NCBI GenBank assembly: GCA_000092065.1 | Contig: CP000597.1 | Reading direction: 5' to 3' (one strand) | DNA length: 64,000 nt | From: Ostreococcus lucimarinus | Lineage: Eukaryota | In this document: in pieces, positions 55,424 to 64,000 of the stretch | Numbering within the stretch: the stretch's first letter is position 1 | How the letters are laid out: every line of letters begins with the position of its first letter | Translations under genes and position numbers: made by a program | The notes under the pieces: generated by a model | What the model saw: only the letters and a program-made list of their open reading frames with translations | Database searches by the model: none | What the model was told of the DNA's origin: nothing

Positions 55424-57604
55424 CTAACTCAAGCCGAGAATTTGGTCGTTCTCGGTGTCCACAGAGATTTCGTAGTACGCCGGTCGCGTGGGCAAGCCCG
55501 GAATCGTCGGGAACGCGCCGACGAGCGGGACGAGGAAACCAGCACCCGCGCTCAAGCGGACGTCGCCGATGGGCAACGTGAACCCGCTCGGCGCACCCTT
55601 CAACGATTGGTCGTGAGAGAAGGAGTACTGCGTCTTGGCCATGCAAATCGGCAAATCGCCGAAGCCTTGCTCGGTGAAGAGCTTGATCTTTTCTTCGGCT
55701 CGTTCAGAGAACTCAACACCGTCAGCCTTGTAGATGTTCTTCGCCACGGTTTCAATCTTACTCTTGATGTCGAGAGAAGATTCGTATCCAAACTTGAAGT
55801 CCTTGCAGTCTTCGTTCGCCTCGCACGCCGCCTTGACGGCGTTGGCGAGCGCGACGGCGCCCTTGCCCCCGTGCGCGTGATGGGTGCAGAGAACGGCGTC
55901 TTCCGCGCCCGCGGCGAGAGAGATTTCACGAATCACCGCGTGTTCCGCTTCGGTGTCGGTCGGGAACGCGTTGATGGCGACGACGACCGGGATACCGAAA
56001 GACTTGGTGTTTTCGATGTGGCGGACCAAGTTGCACATGCCCTCGCGCACCATGTCGACGTTTTCAGTCGTGTACGAGTGATCGAGGGGCTTACCCGCGG
56101 TCACGGGCGGACCACCGCCGTGGCACTTCAACGCGCGCACGGTGGCGACGATGACGGCGCAGTTCGGCTTCAGACCAGACTTGCGGCACTTCAAGTTGAC
56201 AAACTTTTCGAGGCCGATGTCGGCGCCGAAGCCGGCTTCGGTGACGACGAAGCCACCCTTACCGACCATGGAGAGACCGATTTGATCGGCAATGATGGAC
56301 GAGTTACCGCTCGCGATGTTAGCGAATGGGCCGGCGTGCACGAGCACGGGCGTCGCTTCGAGAGTCTGCATCAACGTCGGCTTGATGGCGTCGCGCATGA
56401 GAGCCATCAACGCGCCGGTGACGCCCAAATCGTCGCACGTCACCGGGGTGCCGTCGCGCGCGGGGCCGACGACCATGTTTCCGAGACGGTTTTCCATGTC
56501 CGCGAGCGAAGTCGTCATCGCCAAAACCGCCATGATTTCCGAGGCGACGGTGATGTCGAAACCAGTCTTGCGAGTCTTGCCCTTCTCCGTCGGCGATTCG
56601 CCGACGGTGATTTCGCGCAAAAAGCGGTCGTTCATGTCGACGACGCGTCTCCACGTGATGCGCTCGGGGTCGATGTCCAAACGCACGAATTTGTTTCGCT
56701 CTTCTTCCGTCAAGTCATCGGGATTGGTTTTGTCGATTCCAAGCTTCTTCAAGCGCTTGAACATGATGGCTGAGAACTTGCGAGAACCATCCTTGGCTTG
56801 CGGCATCAAGCGCTTCCACAGCGCCTCATCGCTTTGCGTGGATTCGTGGAACACGCGCGCGTCCACCGCCGCGGCGAGCAAGTTATTCGCGACGCCGATG
56901 GCGTGAATGTCCCCGGTCAAGTGCAAGTTCATCTCCTCCATAGGAATCACCTGCGAGTACCCCCCGCCCGCGGCCCCCCCCTTGATGCCGAACGTCGGTC
57001 CCATGGACGGTTGTCGAATGCACGCCACCGCCCGCGCGTTCGTGTGCGCCTGCATCGCCTGCACCAACCCGATCGTCGTCGTGGACTTCCCCTCTCCCAA
57101 CGGCGTCGGCGTGATCCCCGCCGTCACGACGTAATACCCGTGCCCCGCCGTCGCGTCGCACGTCGGCCCGTCGCCCTCGCCCTCGCGCCCTCCCAGCGTC
57201 GAGCTCAGCTTTTCCGACAGTTTCGCCTTATACCGTCCGTACATCTCGTAATCATCCTCCGTCAATCCGCACATCTTCTCCGCGATCTCCCTGATCGGCA
57301 GCGCCTTCGCCGCGCTCGCGATTTCGATGTCGCTCGGCGTCGGCGTCGTCACCTCCTCCAACCGCCTCGCCCCGAAATCGTACCTCGCCTCGCTCGCGCG
57401 CTCGATCGTCATCCCGACCGTCGTCGTCGTCGTCGTCGTCGCGTCGCTCGCGCTCGAGCTCGACCGCGCGCGCGTCGCGCGTCGTTGGTCGTTCGCCCTC
57501 GCGACCGTCGCGCCGCGGTCTCTCGACGGTCGCGCGATCGTCGCGCGTCGCGCGCCGGCGCGCGCGAGCTGCGAGCGGGCGGTCGTCGCGAGCGCGGCGC
57601 GCAT
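55424..57604 (-). CDS. Formate-tetrahydrofolate ligase (formyltetrahydrofolate synthetase, FTHFS), possibly with an N-terminal organellar presequence. Alternative start at MTIERAS about 75 codons downstream.
   Basis: [23 protein letters not shown]...[25 protein letters not shown] (P-loop)...[15 protein letters not shown]...[18 protein letters not shown]...[19 protein letters not shown]: collinear with FTHFS throughout. Confidence 0.9.
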   Translation of the reverse strand: MRAALATTARSQLARAGARRATIARPSRDRGATVARANDQRRATRARSSSSASDATTTTTTTVGMTIERASEARYDFGARRLEEVTTPTPSDIEIASAAKALPIREIAEKMCGLTEDDYEMYGRYKAKLSEKLSSTLGGREGEGDGPTCDATAGHGYYVVTAGITPTPLGEGKSTTTIGLVQAMQAHTNARAVACIRQPSMGPTFGIKGGAAGGGYSQVIPMEEMNLHLTGDIHAIGVANNLLAAAVDARVFHESTQSDEALWKRLMPQAKDGSRKFSAIMFKRLKKLGIDKTNPDDLTEEERNKFVRLDIDPERITWRRVVDMNDRFLREITVGESPTEKGKTRKTGFDITVASEIMAVLAMTTSLADMENRLGNMVVGPARDGTPVTCDDLGVTGALMALMRDAIKPTLMQTLEATPVLVHAGPFANIASGNSSIIADQIGLSMVGKGGFVVTEAGFGADIGLEKFVNLKCRKSGLKPNCAVIVATVRALKCHGGGPPVTAGKPLDHSYTTENVDMVREGMCNLVRHIENTKSFGIPVVVAINAFPTDTEAEHAVIREISLAAGAEDAVLCTHHAHGGKGAVALANAVKAACEANEDCKDFKFGYESSLDIKSKIETVAKNIYKADGVEFSERAEEKIKLFTEQGFGDLPICMAKTQYSFSHDQSLKGAPSGFTLPIGDVRLSAGAGFLVPLVGAFPTIPGLPTRPAYYEISVDTENDQILGLS

Positions 57605-57704
57605 GTACCGCCGTGCGCCGCGTCGGACGCGGGCGCGTCGCGCTGTGCGCGCGTTCGATGGATGGATGGATGACGTCGCCGCCGCCGCGTTCGGATAACG
57701 CGCG

Positions 57705-58140
57705 CGCGACGCCGCTTTTTAGCCCGGGTCTCGCGTTTCGTGATGGCGTTACGGCGCGCGCGAATACGAGGGCGTCGACCGGCGTCGCGCGGGACGTCGC
57801 GATGGGTTTATGTCGCGCGCGAGACGTCACGCTCGATGGCGTTACGTCGAGCGCGAATACGAGGGCGTCGACCGGCGTCGCGCGGGACGTCGCGATGGGT
57901 TTATGTCGCGCGCGAGACGTCACGCTCGATGGCGTCGCGACGAGCGCGAATACGACGGCGCGCGTGTGCGGGGAGTGTTCGGACACACGGAGAGCGTGAC
58001 GGTCGTGTGGGGAGTTTATATCGCGCGCGAGACGTCACGCTCGATGGCGTCACGTCGAGCGCGAATACGACGGCGCGCGTGGGCGGGGAGTGTTCGGACA
58101 CACGGAGAGCGTGACGGTCGCGTGGGGAAACAGTGCGGGG
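57705..58140. repeat. Minisatellite: about 4.5 tandem copies of a ~93-bp unit (two alternating variants) in the FTHFS/Sec1-like intergenic region.
   Basis: gatgggtttatgtcgcgcgcgagacgtcacgctcgatggcgttacgtcgagcgcgaatacgagggcgtcgaccggcgtcgcgcgggacgtcgc recurs at 57801 and 57894. Variant copies (…gaatacgacggcgcgcgtgtgcggggagtgttcggacacacggagagcgtgacggtcg…) occur at ~57930-58140. Confidence 0.8.
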
Positions 58141-58278
58141 ACGAAAAACAGCGGTGCATGCGAACGCGCGACCGCGACGGGTCGGCCGGGACGGCGCGCG
58201 CGCGCGCGACGGGCGGCGCGCGCGCGAGACCGCGACGCGCGCGGGACCGTCGCGCGGCGACCGTCGCGCGACGGCGCG

Positions 58279-58339
58279 CGACGAACCGACGAACCGACGA
58301 ACCGACGAACCGACGAACCGACGAACGAACGAACGAACG
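58279..58339 (+). repeat. Microsatellite (CGACGAAC)5 followed by (GAAC)n, ending exactly at the ATG of the Sec1-like gene.
   Basis: cgacgaaccgacgaaccgacgaaccgacgaaccgacgaacgaacgaacgaacgATGggc read directly. Confidence 0.85.
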
Positions 58340-60796
58340 ATGGGCGCGGACGCGCGCGCGACGACGATGCGCGACGCCGCGCGGCGATGGTACGACGACG
58401 CGATGGCGCCGTTCGCGCGCGACGCGGTCGTCGCGCTGGACGCGGAGGCGGCGGCGCAGGCGCGCGCGCACGCGGGCTGGGGCGGGACGAGCGGGACGGG
58501 ACGCGCGCGCGCGACGCGGGCGCTCGAGGCGTACGCGACGATGGACGACGCGATGGGCGACGAGGAAGAGGTCTGGGACGTCAGGGGGGAGCGGGTGCCG
58601 GCGGAGGCGCCGCTGGTGATCTGCGTCGCGGGACGGCTGGGGGAGGCGGCGGCGAACGTGCGGCGGTGCGTGCGGGCGCGGCGACGCGCGACGCGCGCGA
58701 CGGTGTTCGTCGGATGCGACGAGGGCGATGAGGCGCACGGGGCGTGCGTGGAGGCGCTGACGGAGGCGTGTGAAAGGATTTTGAGCGACGCGGCGGCGGA
58801 ATTCGGGGAGACGCCGACGGGGAATCGTTCGGGGGTGGGACGGAACGAAGAAGGAGACGAAGACGACGAAGAGGACTGGGGGAGTTGGGGCGACGAGGAC
58901 GAGGCGAGAGACGAGGCGCCGGTGGAGGACTCGAGGGAGGGGACGGGCGATGGGTGGAACGATGCGCCGACGCCGACGTCGAAACAAGGGCGAAATCGCA
59001 CCGCCGCCGCGGACGCCGTCGCGGGTCGGTTTTCGGTCAAGTTTTTCCCTCCTATGATGTATCGCGCGCTCGGCGACGGTGCGTTCACGCTTCCGCGAAC
59101 GCGAACGATGGGGTTGGTGAACGATGCCGCGGCTGCGTTGACGGGGGAGTCGAAAGAGAATCGCGTCATCGGGCATCACTTGGCTGAAATCGCCGCGCAC
59201 TGGGCGTTGGCGCCGGATTATTTCGCCCTCGGTCCGAACGCCGAAGCCGTGTCGCGCGTCGCAGCGCAAGCGAAGACCGATCCCGTGGGCGTGGACACGA
59301 CGGTGAAACCACGAACGGCGGCGATCATCGTCGTCGATCGCGAGGTGGACTTGATGACGCCGAGCGTGAGTCGAGACGGTTGGCTCGAGCGCGTGTTGGA
59401 GACGACGGACGACGAAGACGCGGCGTCTTCATCGACCTACGTCGACCGCGTCACGGCGACGTTGTCCCCGCTCTTGAGCGATGAAAATGTTCTCACGTTA
59501 GATGAAGCTCTGTGCGCGAAGACTGCGCGTGATGGCGCTGTGCACGTGCGGAAGTTGCTGCGCGAGGCGGCTCGCGTGGAATCCGTCGCCGCGCCGGCGG
59601 CGGATGGAAAGAGCGCGCGCGTCGTCGGTGCTGACGATATTCTTAGCTTAGTGCGAGCGCTGGAGGTTGATCCTAGCGTTGCTTTGCGTCATCGCGCGTT
59701 GATTCAGCGCGCAAAGCTCACCGCGCGGAGTTTGACGGATGAGAACGACATGAAGGCGAATAGGCAAATCATCGCTTTGCAACGACTCACCGCCGCTGCG
59801 CTCGAGCGCCAAGCCACGGGCGTGTGCGCGACGGTGGTAGAGATACTGAAAGTGATGTATTCTGCGGGAGGTACCGCCGTAGGTCACCCGAGCGAGGCGC
59901 TGGCGCTCGTCTTAGCGGCGTATGTACTCGCGACGGAGGCGAACGTTCAAGCGCAGGCGCCGACGAACGCCGCGTCGCCGTTCACGGCGCAAGACGAGGC
60001 GTCCGTGCGCGACGCACTTTTGGGCGCACTACTGGCGAGCGATCTCGCCGATGTGAAGAAGCAAGTTCCAAGTTTCAACGCCAGTGCGCTCGAAGCGCTC
60101 GAAGCGCTTCAGAACGCGACCGCGGCCGCGGCCGCCGACGCGACGCCGACGCCCTCGAAAGATGACGACGGTTGGGACGACGACGACGACGACGACTGGG
60201 GCGACGATGAATGGGGCAACTCTCCGACGGCGCCGAGTAAATCCACGACGACGAACGCGATGACGGCGATCGACGATCCCGAACTCGCCGCCGCCGCGCT
60301 CGAGGCGCGAGACGCCGTCGAGCGCGCGCTTCACAACTTCGCCCTCGCCGCGCATCGCGGCCGCGCATCGCTCAAGCACAACATCCCAGAGTCTAACTCA
60401 CTCTACGCCAACGGTCTACCCAACTCCATCCTGCTCGACATCATCTCCCGCGTCAAGACGTCCGCCGACGACGGCGGCGCGTGCGCCGATTTCGTCCACG
60501 TCGCCGCCTCCCTCGGCGGCTTACTCAAGCACGCCGCCGCCACCGCCACCGCATCCATCGTCACCGGCGCCATGGGTCGTCTCGGCAACCTCATCAACAA
60601 GGTCACCGCCGCCCCCAAACCATCCGATCGCGACGTCGTCGTCGTCTTCCTCCTCGGCGCCCTCTCCTCCGGCGAATTCGCCGCCGCCCTCACCGCGCGC
60701 GCCCCCGATCCCGCCGCCGCGCTCTTCGCCCGTCACAGGGATCGCGAGTTCATCTTCGGCGCGCTCGACCTCGCGTCCGCGCGCGCCATCGCGTGA
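58340..60796 (+). CDS. Sec1/Munc18-like (SM-family) vesicle-fusion regulator, divergent (possibly VPS33-like). Start taken as the ATG at 58340; the upstream in-frame extension through the microsatellite is considered unlikely.
   Basis: SM-family hallmark TAAIIVVDREVDLMTPSVSRDGWLERVLE (cf. LLILDRxxDxxTPLLHxxTYQAM). C-terminal DVVVVFLLGALSSGEFAAAL (cf. VIVFVVGGxTYEE). Length and helical content are consistent. Assignment is by motif recall only. Confidence 0.45.
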   Translation: MGADARATTMRDAARRWYDDAMAPFARDAVVALDAEAAAQARAHAGWGGTSGTGRARATRALEAYATMDDAMGDEEEVWDVRGERVPAEAPLVICVAGRLGEAAANVRRCVRARRRATRATVFVGCDEGDEAHGACVEALTEACERILSDAAAEFGETPTGNRSGVGRNEEGDEDDEEDWGSWGDEDEARDEAPVEDSREGTGDGWNDAPTPTSKQGRNRTAAADAVAGRFSVKFFPPMMYRALGDGAFTLPRTRTMGLVNDAAAALTGESKENRVIGHHLAEIAAHWALAPDYFALGPNAEAVSRVAAQAKTDPVGVDTTVKPRTAAIIVVDREVDLMTPSVSRDGWLERVLETTDDEDAASSSTYVDRVTATLSPLLSDENVLTLDEALCAKTARDGAVHVRKLLREAARVESVAAPAADGKSARVVGADDILSLVRALEVDPSVALRHRALIQRAKLTARSLTDENDMKANRQIIALQRLTAAALERQATGVCATVVEILKVMYSAGGTAVGHPSEALALVLAAYVLATEANVQAQAPTNAASPFTAQDEASVRDALLGALLASDLADVKKQVPSFNASALEALEALQNATAAAAADATPTPSKDDDGWDDDDDDDWGDDEWGNSPTAPSKSTTTNAMTAIDDPELAAAALEARDAVERALHNFALAAHRGRASLKHNIPESNSLYANGLPNSILLDIISRVKTSADDGGACADFVHVAASLGGLLKHAAATATASIVTGAMGRLGNLINKVTAAPKPSDRDVVVVFLLGALSSGEFAAALTARAPDPAAALFARHRDREFIFGALDLASARAIA

Positions 60797-61006
60797 GCGC
60801 GCGTCGCGTCCGCGCGCTCCCGAGCGCTATCGAAGACCCATAGTGTAGAGATTTTAAACCACGTCGAGTCCGCGCACGCCGCGCGCGCGCCGCAGTCGCC
60901 CACGCGCGCCGCTCTCGCGCCGCGCCGACGCGCCGACGCGCGCGACCGACGCGCGCCGCGCGCGAGACGACGAAAACCGCGCGCGCGACGACGAAAACCG
61001 CGAACG

Positions 61007-63343
61007 ATGAGCGCCGACCTGGCGGCGGTCCTGGATCACCAATCGCTCGATGGCTTCGTCTCCCTGCTCCAAGGGCTGCAGAGCGCCGATAACGCGCACC
61101 GAACGATGTGCGAAGAGGTGTTCGAACGGTGCAAGGCGCAGCCCGATCACCTGGCGTCGCAGTTGGTGCGAACACTGCGAGGAGGGACGGAGAGTCGACT
61201 GCGAGAGCTGAGCGCGGTGCTGGCGAGACGGGCGTTCACGAGCGATGACGGCGAATTGTACACGAAATTGAGCGAATCGGTGAAACAGATGTTTAAGAGT
61301 GAACTGTTGATGGCGCTGAGGGAAGAGGCGGAGGCGAGGGTGACGCGAAAGACGTGCGATTTGATTTACGAAGTCGCGGCGGGGGCGATGGAACGGGAAG
61401 AGCCGTGGGCGGAGTTGATGCCGTTCATGTTCGGTGCGGTTTCTGAAGGGTCGGACCGATTGAAGGAGAGCGCGTTGATGATCTTTGCGATGCTCGCGAG
61501 TTACATGAGCGATGCGTTGGTGCCGCAAATTCCGACGCTGCACGCGACGCTGAGCGCGTGCTTGGCGTCGGCGGATACGAATGTGCGACTGGCGGCGTTA
61601 CGAGCGACGTGTGCGTTCGTCGATGCGTTGGAAAATCCGAGCGATCGAATGAAGTTCCAAGATTTGTTGCCGGCGATGCTCAACACGATCGGTTCGGCGT
61701 TGAGAGGTCAAGATGAGACGTCGGCGCAAGAGGCTCTCGCGTTGTTCATCGAGCTCGCTGAAGCCGATCCGAGATTCGTGCGCAATCATCTCGTCGAGCT
61801 CGTGGAAGCGATGCTCAGCATCGCGGAACATAACGACCTCGAGGATGGCACGCGAACGTTGGCGACTGAGTTCTTGGTGACGCTCACCGAGGCGAGAGAT
61901 CGTGCGCCGGGTATGATGCGCAAGGTTCCAAATTTCGTCCAGCGCCTGTACAACTGCCTCGTCTCCTTCTTGGTCAACGACATCGAAGACGATGAAGATT
62001 GGCACACGACGGAGAACGAAGAGGACGAGGGTATCGGTCAAGGTGATTTGTACGACGTCGGTCAAGAGTGCCTGGACCGCGTCTCCATCGCGCTCGGCGC
62101 CAACTCCATGTTACCCGCGTGCGCCGCAACGATGCCGTCGCTGATTGGCGACGCGGATTGGAAGCGTCGTCACGCCGCTCTCATCGCACTCTCGCAAATT
62201 GCCGAAGGTTGCGCCAAGGGAATGAAGAAGGACGTTGTCGGCGCCATTCAGCCGTGCTTACACGCGCTCGCCACCGATCCCCATCCTCGCGTTCGTTGGG
62301 CCGCCATCAACGGGTTGGGGCAAATGTGCACCGATCTTGGCCCGAGATTGCAAGAACAGGCGCACGCTAACGTCGTACCGTTGCTCCTGAACGCCATGGA
62401 TGACGTGAAGAATCCGCGTTGCCAGGCGCACGCGGCCGCCGCGACGGTAAACTTCAGCGAAGACTGCCCTCCGGAGTGCATGGCGCCGTATTTGGACACG
62501 CTCATGAACAAGCTTTTGAGCTTACTGCAGTCTGGCAACAAGTCTGTGCAAGAAGCGGCGCTCACGGCGCTCGCATCGACCGCGGACAACGCGCAAGAAT
62601 CCTTCATCAAGTACTACGACACCGTCCTTCCGTACTTGAAGTCCATCTTGGTGAACGCCAACGGAAAGGAGTACCGCATGTTGCGCGCCAAGGCTGTGGA
62701 GTGCATTTCTCTCGTCGGTATGGCCGTTGGACGCGCCCGCTTCGCTCAAGATGCGCGTGAAGTCATGGACATGTTGATGCGTCTCCAATCTGGCGGATTC
62801 GAAGACGACGACCCAACGGTGCAATACATGCTTCAAGCCTGGACGCGTTTGTGCAAGTGCCTTGGCGAGGAATTCGTCCCGTATCTTGAAGTCGTGATGC
62901 AGCCGCTGTTGAAGTCTGCCAATTTGAAGGCGGACGTCATCGTCACGAACAAGGACGATGAAGACGGGGGCGAGGAGGAGGAAGAGGAAAACGACGATTA
63001 CGAACAGGTCGAAGTCGGCGACAAGCGAGTTTCCATTCGCACGGCGGCTTTGGAAGAAAAAGCCACCGCGTGCAACATGTTGTGCTGCTACGTCGACGAG
63101 CTCAAGGACGGTATTTTGCCCTACTTGGAGCAAATTCTGCAAACCATGATTCCCTCGCTCGAGTTTTATTTCCATGAGGACGTGCGTAGAGCCGCCGTGG
63201 CGTCGTTACCGGATCTTCTCCGCGCCGGTAAGCTTGCTGTGAGCAAGGGAGCAAAGGATAAAGCTTGGTTCCAGCAACTCGTCAATCATATCATTCCCCC
63301 CCTTATTCAAGCGATGGCGAAGGAACCGGATATCGAGATTCAG
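61007..63343 (+). CDS. Importin-beta family nuclear transport receptor (importin-5/Kap121/RanBP5-like), exon 1. Donor ATTCAG|GTGCGTT.
   Basis: HEAT-repeat protein with an importin-N-like start (MSADLAAVLDHQSLDGFVSLLQGLQSADNAHRTMCEEVFERCKAQPDHLASQLVRTL). The conserved IPO5 blocks LPACAATMPSLIGDADWKRRHAALIALSQIAEGC, HPRVRWAAINGLGQMCTDLGP and QAHAAAATVNF are collinear with IPO5. Confidence 0.8.
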
Positions 63344-63544
63344 GTGCGTTACTCAAAGTCGACGTCGACGAGAAGAAACAAGTGATGAGACTTATGGATT
63401 CCCCTTCAAGACGCCTTGAGGCTCTGGTGATAAATCCGATAACAGTCCCTGATGTTTCTGATTGTTCCTCTTTTTTTTGCATTTTTCCGTCTCGAAAATA
63501 CAGTCGTACTGACCTAGCGCCCTCTTTTCTTTTTCGCCACGCAG

Positions 63545-64000
63545 GCTCGCATGCTCGAATCGCTCGCGGAGTCCGCCGGTGAAGCCGGTGACCTCGTGCG
63601 CGATCACTTATCGGCAATGTTAGAAACATTCAAGGTATTGCTCACGGAGTCGCTGGAGCGACGTGCGGAGCGGAACAAGCGCGCGGGCACGGACGATTTC
63701 GATGAAGAGGAAATGCACGCGCTGGAGGAGGAACAAGAAGCCGAGGACGAAGTGTTTGATCAATTCGCCGAATGCGTCGGGTCTTTGTTGAAAAGCTTCC
63801 ACAGCGCGATTCTTCCGTCTCTTGAGCCATTGCTCGCGTTCATCGTGCCGCTGCTGGACAAGAACAGGAGCCCCGCCGAGCGACGTATTGCGATTTGCGT
63901 GTTCGATGACATTTTTGAACACGCGAGTGACGGTGGCGGCGCTCTCAAATATCTCGACGGTTTCGTATCGCCTTGCATCGCTGGATGCACGGACAACGAC
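63545..64000 (+). CDS. Importin-5-like, exon 2 (acceptor CCACGCAG|GCT). It continues beyond the window end. The 201-bp intron 63344-63544 is pyrimidine/AT-rich.
   Basis: The frame stays open from 63545 to 64000. It encodes ARMLESLAESAGEAGDLVRDHL...EVFDQFAECVGSLLKSF...RRIAICVFDDIFEHASDGG, which matches the IPO5 region ...QWGLCIFDDVIEHCSP. Confidence 0.7.

Noticed and set aside
58133-58339. Upstream in-frame extension of the Sec1-like ORF through the (CGACGAAC)n microsatellite (MRGRKTAVHANARPRRVGRDGARA...PTNRRTDEPTNRR).
   Set aside because: Low-complexity R-rich translation of promoter minisatellite and microsatellite DNA. The ATG at 58340 gives a sensible N-terminus. This is kept as a caveat rather than annotated.
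1-64000. Prokaryotic or phage interpretation of the window, prompted by the tail-fibre/ICA domain, GT4, FTHFS, Xth and PabAB genes.
   Set aside because: Spliceosomal introns confirmed by protein conservation, together with 14-3-3, importin-5, EMC8, RCC1, Sec1-like and a four-domain voltage-gated channel, make this unambiguously eukaryotic nuclear DNA. Codon usage and GC of the fibre-like gene match its neighbours.

Overview
This window is eukaryotic nuclear DNA, not prokaryotic. The evidence is spliceosomal introns with a recurring GTGCG donor and (C/T)AG acceptor (14-3-3, NYN-domain gene, importin-5), plus hallmark eukaryotic genes: 14-3-3, calmodulin, importin-beta, EMC8, Sec1-like, RCC1, and a four-domain voltage-gated channel. 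The DNA is extremely GC- and CpG-rich, with cgcgcg-type low complexity in intergenic, UTR and disordered-coding segments. It is gene-dense: roughly 30 genes in 64 kb, with many head-to-head pairs 110-270 bp apart. Plastid-type genes are present: a [2Fe-2S] ferredoxin with a presequence, a thylakoid-lumen-type pentapeptide-repeat protein, and a fused PabA-PabB aminodeoxychorismate synthase. These point to a photosynthetic protist or alga with a compact, intron-poor, high-GC genome; I cannot name the species from sequence alone. The standout locus is a ~10 kb single-exon gene at 4951-15045 (+). It encodes a 3364-aa protein with a PPC-like N-terminal domain, seven near-identical 288-369-aa tandem units built from nested 23-aa beta-helix-like sub-repeats, phage-tail-fibre-like GIGT repeats, and a C-terminal intramolecular-chaperone auto-processing (peptidase S74-like) domain. 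Other notable loci are a four-domain voltage-gated cation channel with an atypical D-E-D-G pore ring that shares a 236-bp divergent promoter with a calmodulin-like gene, and minisatellite and microsatellite arrays in a bidirectional promoter. Many six-frame ORFs are arginine-rich artefacts of the GC bias; I reject these as coding.
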